Positions 33,149-41,998 of a DNA stretch of 64,000 nt are shown here, piece by piece; positions within the stretch are counted from its first letter, which is position 1; every line of letters begins with the position of its first letter. Under the pieces are notes generated by a model that did not search any database, was not told the origin of the DNA, and was given only the letters and a program-made list of their open reading frames with translations. The position numbers were made by a program, and so were the translations under genes. This stretch comes from Planctomycetota bacterium (GTDB lineage: Bacteria > Planctomycetota > PLA2 > JAEUHO01), in assembly GCA_965223505.1 (NCBI GenBank), contig CBDCWP010000044.1, positions 128,001 through 192,000 on the forward strand. The letters run 5' to 3'.

Positions 33149-33328
33149 ATGAACGACGAATACCGGGTCGAGCTCAAACCTCGGCAGTGGGCCTATCTCG
33201 AGGAGATGGCCGAGAAGCACGGGTTGCCGGACGTGTCGAAGGCGCTGCGTTGCCTGGTGAATTTCGCGGTGGAAGAGCCCGACCGCGAAGGCGACATCTT
33301 CCAGGAGATCCGCTGCAGCGACTGCTAG
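33149..33328 (+). CDS. Small hypothetical protein (ribbon-helix-helix-like, C-terminal CxxC)
   Basis: GGAGG + ATG; MNDEYRVELKPRQWAYLEEMAEKHGLPDVSKALRCLVNFA...IRCSDC*. Confidence 0.65.
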   Translation: MNDEYRVELKPRQWAYLEEMAEKHGLPDVSKALRCLVNFAVEEPDREGDIFQEIRCSDC

Positions 33329-33384
33329 CGGCGGTCCAGGGATCCGCGCCGTCGTCGAGCGGTCACCTTCTGCCTTCGATCGCC

Positions 33385-33425
33385 AAAAAACGAAAAAGAC
33401 CCCCGGCGACGAATCGCCGGGGGCC
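33385..33425 (-). terminator. Intrinsic terminator downstream of the thioredoxin-family gene
   Basis: Minus strand: cccccggcga-ttcg-tcgccggggg followed by tctttttcgtttttt. Confidence 0.85.
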
Positions 33426-33453
33426 TCGAAATGGTCAGGCGTGAACGAGGGGT

Positions 33454-34548
33454 CTACTTGCCGCCACCCATCCCGTCGTCGTCACCGCCGTCGTCGTCTT
33501 CGCCGTCATCCTCGTCGTCGTCGTCCTCGTCTTCTTCTTCGTCCTCGCCGCCCTTCTCGAGCTGCGCGGCGACGCCGTCGACGTAGGCCTGGGCCTGCGG
33601 ATTGTTCTTGTAGAGATCGTCCTGCTTGACGCGCTCGATCATCGCCTTGGCGTCGTCGATGCGCTCGCCCTTGGCAAGCCACTGCGCAACCGCCACGCCG
33701 ACACCGACGAACATACGGCCCGAGAGGTGCTTGCTGGCCATGAGCGCCTCGTGGATCTTCGCGAATTCTGCGTCCGTGGGCGGACGCTGTTCCTTCGGGA
33801 AGAGCGCCTTGAGCTTCTCTTCTTCCTCGACACGCAGGCGACGCTCACGCTCCGCCGCGACCTTCTCCTTCAAGCCCAACGAGCCGTCCGGATCCGCCTT
33901 GTCGGCGGCATCGAGAACCCAGTCGAACGCCGGGTAGCCCAGCAGGTTGTTGTCGGCGAGCACAGGGAAGGCGGCCTTGAGCGCCTCGAGGTCCTTGTGC
34001 TCCGTGTCCGCGATCAGCTTCTTGACCGCGGCGCCGCCCTCCTGCAGCTCGTCGAGATGCTTGAGGTAGGCCTCGGGGCCGCCCGCCTTGTAGCCGGTGC
34101 GCCCGTAGGGCGTGCCGTCGGCGGTCGTGACCATGATGGTCGGGTAGCCGGCGCAGCTGTATTCCTTGAACAAGCGGTCGCGAAGCTCGGGGTCGACGAC
34201 CGCCTTCTTGAGCTCTTCGCTGTTCGGTTTGTCCATGAACACGAAGACGAACTTCTTCGTCGCCGCATCCACGAACTCCTTGTGCATGAACACCTCTTTG
34301 TCGAGGCGAATGCACCAACCGCACCAGTCGCTGCCGGTGAAGTTGATCACGAGATCCTTGTTCTCGGCCTTCGCCTGGGCGGTGGCCTTGGTGAAGTCCA
34401 TGACCCAGGGAAGGTGGGCCTCTTCGGTCTCGGCTTCGCCCTCTTCTTCCTCGGCGAAAGCCAGGCTGCCGGTGGTGACGGGCAGCGCCAGCGCGGCGAG
34501 CAGCCCGAAGAGCACGGCCCAGCGTCCGCGCAGAAGGTGATGCGTCAT
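33454..34548 (-). CDS. Secreted thioredoxin-family protein with acidic tail
   Basis: Signal peptide; FTGSDWCGWC, GYPT cis-Pro motif, D/E-rich C-terminus. Confidence 0.88.
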   Translation of the reverse strand: MTHHLLRGRWAVLFGLLAALALPVTTGSLAFAEEEEGEAETEEAHLPWVMDFTKATAQAKAENKDLVINFTGSDWCGWCIRLDKEVFMHKEFVDAATKKFVFVFMDKPNSEELKKAVVDPELRDRLFKEYSCAGYPTIMVTTADGTPYGRTGYKAGGPEAYLKHLDELQEGGAAVKKLIADTEHKDLEALKAAFPVLADNNLLGYPAFDWVLDAADKADPDGSLGLKEKVAAERERRLRVEEEEKLKALFPKEQRPPTDAEFAKIHEALMASKHLSGRMFVGVGVAVAQWLAKGERIDDAKAMIERVKQDDLYKNNPQAQAYVDGVAAQLEKGGEDEEEDEDDDDEDDGEDDDGGDDDGMGGGK

Positions 34549-34731
34549 GATTGCTCCTTGGATGTGAATGCGGCTCCCCGAGCCAATCGAAGGACGCCGG
34601 GGGGTTGGCCGATGTTTCCCTGCTCTCGCGGGGCCGCGAGGGGGCAGGGGCCTCGGTCCTTTTCCGCTGAAGCCCACGATATCCTCGGACCGGCCAACGG
34701 ACGAAACGCGCTTCGAAGAATCAGCGCGCCC

Positions 34732-34998
34732 TCAGAACGTCCGCGACAGCAGCCAGAGGAGCGCGGCGCCGCCGACCCCTACGATCAGGGAGCCCGGCGC
34801 CCCGAAGAGAACGTAGCCGCCGACGACCGCGGCCATCCAGACGGCGCTCGCCACGACCTGGACGGCGCGCCAGAACGGATCGCGCAGTCCTGGGACCGGG
34901 GTGGCCTTCCCACAGCCCGGGCAGTTGACGTAGCCCCCCGTCAGGTGTGCTTCGACGGTGAAGAAGTGTCCGCACGAACAACGGACCGGCACCGCCAC
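34732..34998 (-). CDS. Small zinc-ribbon membrane protein
   Basis: CSCG...CPGCG followed by two TM segments. Confidence 0.7.
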   Translation of the reverse strand: MAVPVRCSCGHFFTVEAHLTGGYVNCPGCGKATPVPGLRDPFWRAVQVVASAVWMAAVVGGYVLFGAPGSLIVGVGGAALLWLLSRTF

Positions 34999-35005
34999 CG
35001 GCCCG

Positions 35006-35584
35006 TCAGTTCTGCCGGCCTTCGATGGCCGCGATCAAGACGGCGGCACCCCAGACGAGCCGCCGGTCGATCGTGCATGCCGGCCGGATCGAGACGTCGA
35101 GCTTGTGCACGAACGGGTTGAAGCGCTGGCTCAGCACCGCGAGCTCGTTGCCGCCCTCGTCCTTCAGGTGAAACGTCTGTGGAATGAGGTTCGTGAGAAA
35201 GCGGCGCAGGAACGCGAGGCCGCCGCTGTCTTCCTCCAGCTTCGCCACCGGGACGTCGTTCTCGTCCAGCAGCTCCCACGCGTCACGCAAGATCGACTTG
35301 AACCCCTTGCGGCGCGCCGCGCCGACCTTGGTTCCCGCCTGCGCATCGATGATGTCGTACGCCGCGGAGAAGTCGATGATCTGCCGCGCGTGAATGGTCA
35401 AGAGCTCTTGCGTTGCCGACTCGTCGGCATAGAGCCGAATGTCCTCCTTGAGCTTGAACGCCTTCTGCTTGCTGAAGCCGACGACGTTGCCGTCGGGATC
35501 GTAGACGTGAAAACTCGCGCCGAAGACCTTGAGGAACTTGCGGCGAATCATGAACTCCGACAGCTCGAAGGGACTGGACGTCAC
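35006..35584 (-). CDS. LURP-one/scramblase-like protein
   Basis: KQKAFKLKEDIRLY, IHARQIIDFSAAYD, RRKGFKSILRDAW, AAIEGRQ. Confidence 0.75.
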   Translation of the reverse strand: MTSSPFELSEFMIRRKFLKVFGASFHVYDPDGNVVGFSKQKAFKLKEDIRLYADESATQELLTIHARQIIDFSAAYDIIDAQAGTKVGAARRKGFKSILRDAWELLDENDVPVAKLEEDSGGLAFLRRFLTNLIPQTFHLKDEGGNELAVLSQRFNPFVHKLDVSIRPACTIDRRLVWGAAVLIAAIEGRQN

Positions 35585-35664
35585 GATGGCACTCCGTTGA
35601 CCGGCAACACTGTAATTCCGATCCTCGCACGGATCACGTGTCGCACGTCGAGTTCGATTCGGCG

Positions 35665-36438
35665 TCAACGGCTCGTCATCATCGCTTCGACGCTGCGCGG
35701 GGCCAGGTGAAGCGCGACGTCGCCTCCCCGCAGGAGGTCCACCGCCTGCATGACTGCGGTTCCCGACCAGAAGGGCCGCATGCCGCGAAGCAATACGACG
35801 AACACCTCTTGACCGTACGCGTCGATGAGCGCGCCGAGCAACGTGCCCGCATCGTGGCGCTCGGGCAGCACGGGCAGGCGGCGGCGGTCGACGGTGAGGC
35901 ACATGCCGTCTTCGACCTCTTCGAACGACGCGCAGAACGGGGTGGCCTGCCGGTCCCGGCCCGCGCAGACGATGGCGCTCGTTCCGCGATCCTGGTCGTC
36001 CGGCTCCGCCTGCGTATCCTCGTCGGACTCCGTGTCGACGAAGTGCCCGCCGGCCGGAAGATCGAGTCCGAGGAACCCGACCTCTTCGTCGGTCAGGGCC
36101 GTCCGCAACGTGCAGCCGATTTCGACGAAGTCGCCGCGCGTGTCGGCGCGACCGACACGCACCAGTCGAAGCCCCTTGCTCACGAGCGTGCCGAGCAGCT
36201 CGTAGTGGAACGACGCGACCACGACGTCGCCGAGACACTCGGTCACCTGACGACCGATCTCGGCCAGCGACCGCTCGGATCCGAGACCGATCTCCTCCAG
36301 TGGAATCGCCAGCCCGACACCGATGCGGCTGAGGTCGACGGTGGTCGCATGGACGGTACGGGCGCCGACCCGCAGCCTCACGGGAAGGCGGCAGGAAATG
36401 CGGGGTGCGCGACGGCGGTCTTCAGGCCGGCTCTGCAT
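35665..36438 (-). CDS. PilZ domain protein
   Basis: DRRRAPR and DLSRIG motifs at the N-terminus. Confidence 0.75.
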   Translation of the reverse strand: MQSRPEDRRRAPRISCRLPVRLRVGARTVHATTVDLSRIGVGLAIPLEEIGLGSERSLAEIGRQVTECLGDVVVASFHYELLGTLVSKGLRLVRVGRADTRGDFVEIGCTLRTALTDEEVGFLGLDLPAGGHFVDTESDEDTQAEPDDQDRGTSAIVCAGRDRQATPFCASFEEVEDGMCLTVDRRRLPVLPERHDAGTLLGALIDAYGQEVFVVLLRGMRPFWSGTAVMQAVDLLRGGDVALHLAPRSVEAMMTSR

Positions 36439-36806
36439 CTGGGACTCCTTGCGAGCCCCCCTGACGATGATTGCGCCGGAAAACGGGTCCCTTCCCTTCG
36501 ACCGTTCCGGTTGCCGAACTGCAGGGAAAAACAGGCCGCCCGGCCCTTCAAACAGCCTCTTCATGCCGTTTGGGGGGGGCGAGGCCCCGCTCTTGACTTC
36601 TCCTTGGCGTTCGCGTTGCGCTGTGGGGGCCCCCGGTCGCAGAATCCTCGCTGAGATGGGCTCCGCCGACGCGGAGTCGTGGCGCCGCGGGACCCCAGGG
36701 GTGGGAGGGGCTTCCGGCCCCTGCGGACGATTCTGGCGTTTCGGATAACGAGCATGTGCGATCAAAGCGGCCTCACTCGGGCTAGGCCCCATAGAGAAAC
36801 CCAACC

Positions 36807-37628
36807 GTGAGTCCCCGCGGCTGCGTGGGCGTCGGAGCAGAGGACGTCGGCGTCCTCCCGCTCGGCGCGGCGCTGCGTGCGCTGTGTCGGCGGATCAACG
36901 ATGACCGGTATGCGGCGGCGCGAGACGTCGACGCGTATCGCGCGGGCGTGTTCACGGGGCACGAGGAGGACGAGGCTCTTCGCGAGCTGTGGGAGCGTTG
37001 CGCGCAAGCGTTGACGGAACTCATCAGCGACGCGCTGCGGAAACGACGACAGCTTCGGCTGTTCGCGCTCCAGTTGAATTGGGATGCGGAACAGCTCGCT
37101 ACGAACGCGCTGCCCTACATGTTCGAACGAGGTGGCGCGCGGGTGGCGCGCATGTGCATCAAGCGTGAACGGCTCGGTGAGACGTATGCCCAGAACTGGG
37201 CGTTGCAAATCGTTCAACAGCGCGCACAACGCGAGCTCGAGCAATTGCGCACATGTCGACAGTACGAGCAGAAAGCGGGCGAAAGACGCGTTTTGGGCGC
37301 TCCGGACGAGTTTGTCGATTCGTCGCACGCGTCACTCATTGCCGAAGGCATCATTGCTACTCTCACGGACGAGCAGAGAGCGGTGTTTCGGACCTATTCG
37401 TTGTACGAGTTCGACGATTCGGGCCGGCGGTCCGGCGAACACGTTTCGATACGGAAGGCCGCGCAGCTCCTGACCGATACGACGGGAGAGTCGTGGACGT
37501 TTCATCGAGTCCGAAACGGTCATTCGCAGATCTTGAACCTGCTACGCGCGCACTTGCCGCCGGATCGTCCGGCACTCGTTCTCGAGGTGTACGCGAGAGT
37601 CGCCGCGGGAGTGCTCTCGCGACGTTAG
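36807..37628 (+). CDS. Divergent sigma-factor-like (region 4 HTH) protein
   Basis: C-terminal LTDEQRAVF...SIRKAAQLL...HRVRNGHSQILNLLR resembles sigma70 region 4; codon usage more AT-rich than neighbours. Confidence 0.45.
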   Translation: MSPRGCVGVGAEDVGVLPLGAALRALCRRINDDRYAAARDVDAYRAGVFTGHEEDEALRELWERCAQALTELISDALRKRRQLRLFALQLNWDAEQLATNALPYMFERGGARVARMCIKRERLGETYAQNWALQIVQQRAQRELEQLRTCRQYEQKAGERRVLGAPDEFVDSSHASLIAEGIIATLTDEQRAVFRTYSLYEFDDSGRRSGEHVSIRKAAQLLTDTTGESWTFHRVRNGHSQILNLLRAHLPPDRPALVLEVYARVAAGVLSRR

Positions 37629-37638
37629 GGGCGGGCGG

Positions 37639-38046
37639 ATGAGCCCCCCGGTCGTGCCCGGTTCCCTGTATCACTGGCCGGGCGGTGGGGAAGATCGTTG
37701 GGTCCTGCCGCTCGAGGTGGACCACGAGCGGTTGTTGTTGTGCCTGTACGACGACGTCATGGAGGCGCGCAAGGAAGACGTGCTGCTGCTCAAAGGGGAG
37801 GCGCTCCCGGAGAAGAGTCTCTTCGGCATCCCCGCCCTTGCGACGCAGGGCATGCTCCCTGTGGGAACACGTCCCGTCGGCTGCGTGCAGCGCGACATGT
37901 TGGAGCTCGTCCAGCACGACGTGGCGGCGGCGCGCCGCGCCCCGCAACACAGCGCATCGCTGGCGGCCCGCGGACGCTTCGGCCTACGGGCGGCGCGCGA
38001 TGCCTCGACGCTGCGGTCCGGTGGGGGTCCCTACGAGCGTAGCTAG
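37639..38046 (+). CDS. Hypothetical protein
   Basis: Coherent ORF 10 nt downstream of the sigma-like gene. Confidence 0.55.
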   Translation: MSPPVVPGSLYHWPGGGEDRWVLPLEVDHERLLLCLYDDVMEARKEDVLLLKGEALPEKSLFGIPALATQGMLPVGTRPVGCVQRDMLELVQHDVAAARRAPQHSASLAARGRFGLRAARDASTLRSGGGPYERS

Positions 38047-38076
38047 ACGCTCGCGACGCGGATGGGAGGTCGTCGC

Positions 38077-38364
38077 ATGCCCGGTACGCAGTCTAAGCGC
38101 ATCCGTGCCTTCGTCACCGGCCGCGTGCAGGGGGTCTGGTTCCGCAAGTCCACCCGCGACGAGGCGACGCGCCTGGGCCTCTCGGGCTGGGTGCGCAACC
38201 GGTCCGACGGGCGCGTCGAGCTGGTGGCGGAGGGCGTGCCCGACGCCGTGGATCGCCTGATTCGCTGGGCGCACGACGGGCCCCGGGATGCGCGCGTCGA
38301 CGACGTCGCGTGCGAGGAGGAGCCGGTGTCGGGCGCGGAGCCTCCGTTCGAGGTGCGGTACTGA
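38077..38364 (+). CDS. acyP: Acylphosphatase
   Basis: VTGRVQGVWFR, GWVRN..DGRVE..AEG, GP..ARV. Confidence 0.95.
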   Translation: MPGTQSKRIRAFVTGRVQGVWFRKSTRDEATRLGLSGWVRNRSDGRVELVAEGVPDAVDRLIRWAHDGPRDARVDDVACEEEPVSGAEPPFEVRY

Positions 38365-38506
38365 ATTGCGCGTATCCCGGTGGGCGGCTCGCGCGATGTG
38401 ACCTGTGGGGGGGCCCGCGACCACGGCACGCACCGCTGCATTCCCGCCGATGCGGCAGCGGTTTCGTGACCTTGCGTCCGTACCGTCGCGCCGGGAGGTA
38501 CGCCGC

Positions 38507-41167
38507 ATGATCCGAAGGCTCGCGCACACCCTCGCGTGCCTTGCGTGCATCTGGTGCGCCGCACCGGCGCCGGCCTCGGCCGACGGCACGGTCGAAGGCT
38601 GGATTCGCGATCTCGCATCGTCCGACCCCGAGCGCGTTCGCGACGCTCAGGATGCGATCGGTGACATGGGCACCTCAGCCCTGCTTGCAGTCGAACGGAT
38701 GCTTCGCGCGCCCGAGCCGCTCGACCGCATCAACGCGCTCGGCGCGGTCGCGCGCTTCGGTGTCGAGGCGGCGCCGATCTTCAACGCCGTCTACGCCGCA
38801 CTCGACGATCGCAGCCCCGGCGTGCAACGCGAGGCGCTGCGCGCCATCGGCGCCCTCGGGCCGCACGCGGCCGAGGCGGAGAAGCGGCTCGCGCTCGTTC
38901 GCACGGTGGCGCGCCGGCAGCACCGCATCCTGCGCGAAGCCCCGCCCGACGGCACACCCGACTACGCCAATCGCATTCACGACGCCGCGCTGCGTTGGGT
39001 CCGAAGCGACGAGGCGCTGCACGCCATTGCCGAACAGACGGTCTTCGGCGACCTGGAAGACCCGGCGCGCTCGGGCCGCAGGGTGACCGCATGGATCGAC
39101 CGCCTCGTCGCCCGCTGGCGTGCGGACGCGTCGTCGCGGCACTTCGTCATCGAGGGCTCGCTCAACCTTCCGGCGCACATGCACTTGCCGTTCGCCGACG
39201 GACGCGAGATTCGCATCTCCCGGTTCCTGCACTTCGTCGGTGCGCTCGACGTCGCCCACGAGCTGCTCGACGGACCGCCGGACGGCGCGCCGTGGTCCGC
39301 GGCGCCCGGCTGGAATGCGCTGCGGGGCGCACCGGCGCGCATCGCCATCCCGCACCTGTTGCGGCGGCTGCGGATGCAGCTGCGCATCTTCGAGCTCGAC
39401 GTGCGTGACGGGAGCATCGTCGATCTGCATCCGCAGCTGGCCGTGCTGATCGCGTCCTGGGGCACGGTCGCCGTGCCGTTGCTCGACGCGGCGCTCGCCA
39501 AGGGCATCGAACGCGGCGACAGACACCTTCTCGCGGCCGTGTGTCTGGCGATCGCCGCGCTTCGTTGCGACTGCAAGGCCCTCGTCCCCAACCTGGTCCG
39601 CGTTGCCATGGCGCGGATCGGTCGCTCGAGGTCGTACGCGATGCGGCTCCTGGCCCGTGTGGGTCCGGCCGCCGACGGGGCGGTCGCGCCACTGGTGGCT
39701 TCGTGGAACCGCGGCGATCCGGTGGAGAAGTGGGTCGCGCTCTACGCCCTCGCCGGGCTCGGCACGGCATCGAAGTGCGTCGTGCCGGACATCGAGGCCA
39801 TGCTCGCCACCGGCAAGCAGCGCTTCTTCTTGTTGGAAGCATCGTGGTTGCGCGTCGTCGCGCACCGCGTTCGACACGGCGCCGCTGGTTTCAGCGCGGC
39901 GCTACGCGACCCGGAAGCGCGCCTGGCCGCCTTGAGCTGGCTCGCAGCGGAGCGTCATCGAATGCGGTTGCCGTTCGACGCGCTGCTCGAAGTCGTCCGT
40001 CGCGCACCCGGCGACGAAGCGGCGCTCGCGGCCAGGCTGTTGCTGCGCGGTGGACCCGATGCCGTGCAGCAGCTGCGCGCGAAGGCGACGACGAAGTCCG
40101 CCCTTGCGGCCGTCGCCGCCGCCGCGGCCCCCGCCTGGCATCGACCGACGACCGCGCGATGGGGCCTTTCCGAGATCTTCGAGGGCGCCGGTCTCGAACC
40201 GCCGAGCGCGCGCACGGTATGGGAGGTGCGCGCGCCGCTGCGCGTAGCGTTGGATGCGCCGGACCCGGTGGTCGCAAGCGACGCGGCGGCGGCGCTCGCG
40301 CGTCTCGATCATCCGACCGACGAGATCGCCGAACCCTTGGTCGCGCTGCTCGATGCCGCATCGCCGCTCGTTCGCGGCGCCGCGGCGCTCGCGCTCGGCC
40401 GCCATGCGGCACGGGACGACGAAACGCTCGAGGCGCTGCGCGCGCGTCTCGACGATCCCGAGCTCGACGTGCGCGTCGCGGTCGTGCACGCGTTGAGCCG
40501 CGCGGGTGATGCCGCCGCCGCGGACGTTCCACGCATGTTCGCGTCCCTCGATCAAGGACTCGCGCGGTTCGTCGAGGCCCACGAGCACCATGCCGGCGAC
40601 GCCGATCTTTCGTTCGACGAAGCGGGCGGCCTCTCGGAGTGGGTCGACCGCGGCGGCCCCGGTTTCGACGCCCTGCTCGACGGGCTTGCGCACCGCACGC
40701 GTTGGGTGCGCGTTCTCGTGGCCACGGCGCTGGCGCGCGCGACGCGGCCGAACCGGCGCAGCGTGGAGGCGCTGCTGGGCCAGATCGACGACGCGGACGA
40801 CCTCGCCTGGGACCGCTTCGGCTGGGCGCTCCAACAGATCGCCCCGCGGGTCCCCGGGGGGGTGCGCCGCATCGCGCAGGAGCTCGGGAGCCCGAACAAC
40901 CGCTCGCAGACACGCGCGGCCGAGCTGCTTCGATGGCTCGGGCCCGACGCGCGTCCGGCCGTCGACGAGCTGACCACCGCGCTCGAGGATCCGGTCGTAC
41001 GGGTGCGCCGGCTCGCGGCCGAGACGCTCGGCCGCATCGGCTATCCCGCGCGCGGCTCGCTGCTCGCGCTGCAGACGACAGCGCTCGATCCGGTCGGCGA
41101 GGTGCGTAGCGAGGCGCGGCGCGCCGTTCGCGCGATTCGCGGCGCCGTGCTCGATCCGTACTACTGA
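38507..41167 (+). CDS. Secreted HEAT-repeat protein
   Basis: GGAGG + ATG; signal peptide; repeated L.D....VR..AA.ALG.IG units. Confidence 0.8.
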   Translation: MIRRLAHTLACLACIWCAAPAPASADGTVEGWIRDLASSDPERVRDAQDAIGDMGTSALLAVERMLRAPEPLDRINALGAVARFGVEAAPIFNAVYAALDDRSPGVQREALRAIGALGPHAAEAEKRLALVRTVARRQHRILREAPPDGTPDYANRIHDAALRWVRSDEALHAIAEQTVFGDLEDPARSGRRVTAWIDRLVARWRADASSRHFVIEGSLNLPAHMHLPFADGREIRISRFLHFVGALDVAHELLDGPPDGAPWSAAPGWNALRGAPARIAIPHLLRRLRMQLRIFELDVRDGSIVDLHPQLAVLIASWGTVAVPLLDAALAKGIERGDRHLLAAVCLAIAALRCDCKALVPNLVRVAMARIGRSRSYAMRLLARVGPAADGAVAPLVASWNRGDPVEKWVALYALAGLGTASKCVVPDIEAMLATGKQRFFLLEASWLRVVAHRVRHGAAGFSAALRDPEARLAALSWLAAERHRMRLPFDALLEVVRRAPGDEAALAARLLLRGGPDAVQQLRAKATTKSALAAVAAAAAPAWHRPTTARWGLSEIFEGAGLEPPSARTVWEVRAPLRVALDAPDPVVASDAAAALARLDHPTDEIAEPLVALLDAASPLVRGAAALALGRHAARDDETLEALRARLDDPELDVRVAVVHALSRAGDAAAADVPRMFASLDQGLARFVEAHEHHAGDADLSFDEAGGLSEWVDRGGPGFDALLDGLAHRTRWVRVLVATALARATRPNRRSVEALLGQIDDADDLAWDRFGWALQQIAPRVPGGVRRIAQELGSPNNRSQTRAAELLRWLGPDARPAVDELTTALEDPVVRVRRLAAETLGRIGYPARGSLLALQTTALDPVGEVRSEARRAVRAIRGAVLDPYY

Positions 41168-41198
41168 TCCGCGCCGACCGCGCCCGTATGCTGCGGGC

Positions 41199-41969
41199 AT
41201 GAAGGTACTTCTCTGGGTCGGGTTGGGGATCATCCTGGTCATCGGCGTCGCCGTGTTCGGGTTCTTTGGTGTCTACTCGTCGACCAAGGCGGAGCTGCAG
41301 CCGTTGGCGGAGGCGTTCCTGGAGGACGTGCGTGACGGCGAGTTCGACGACGCGTACGCGCGCACGTCGAGCATCTTCCGCGCCGCAACGACCCAGCAAG
41401 GCTTGCAGGGCTACATGGCCTATCGCGAGCAGCTGCTCGGCGCGTACAAGAGCATCGTCGACGTCAAGGGGTTTCAGCGCAGCGCGGGAACGGGTCAGAA
41501 GTCGATCGGCAGCATCACCGTCGACATCGAGTTCGAGAAGGGGGTCGCGGAGGGCGAGTTCCAGTTCCAGAAGGAGGGCGGGGCTTGGATGCTCAACAAG
41601 GTGTCCATCCTCGTCCCGGACGCGCTCGCGCCCGAACCGGACGAGAGCATGATCGCGTCGTCGGTCAAGGCCAACCTCTCGCGGTACAACGAACGCAAGT
41701 TCGCCAACATGCACGCGAACTTCACGAAGGAGGCGCGCAAGCGGGAGTCGGTCAAGGACTTCGAGAAGCGCATGCGGGCGGTCCGGGACGGCACCGACGT
41801 CGTCGAACGCTGGCAGCTGACCGACGAGGTGGTCAGTGACGACCGTCGCGAACGCCGCCTGACGTACCTCGTCTTCTTCAAGGACGGGAAGAAGACGACC
41901 CTCGAGATCAAGCTCGTCTGGCGCAACGCGTTCTGGCAGACCGAAGCGCTCTCGATCAATCCTGTCTAG
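41199..41969 (+). CDS. Membrane-anchored hypothetical protein (DUF4019/NTF2-like, duplicated)
   Basis: N-terminal TM; AEAFL..V..GEFDDAY motif and a second related half. Confidence 0.6.
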   Translation: MKVLLWVGLGIILVIGVAVFGFFGVYSSTKAELQPLAEAFLEDVRDGEFDDAYARTSSIFRAATTQQGLQGYMAYREQLLGAYKSIVDVKGFQRSAGTGQKSIGSITVDIEFEKGVAEGEFQFQKEGGAWMLNKVSILVPDALAPEPDESMIASSVKANLSRYNERKFANMHANFTKEARKRESVKDFEKRMRAVRDGTDVVERWQLTDEVVSDDRRERRLTYLVFFKDGKKTTLEIKLVWRNAFWQTEALSINPV

Positions 41970-41998
41970 CGCCTCGCTCGGTTGCGTGTAGCGCCTCG

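Noticed and set aside
36439..36806. c-di-GMP riboswitch upstream of the PilZ gene
   Set aside because: Hairpins are present but I could not find the class I or II consensus elements.
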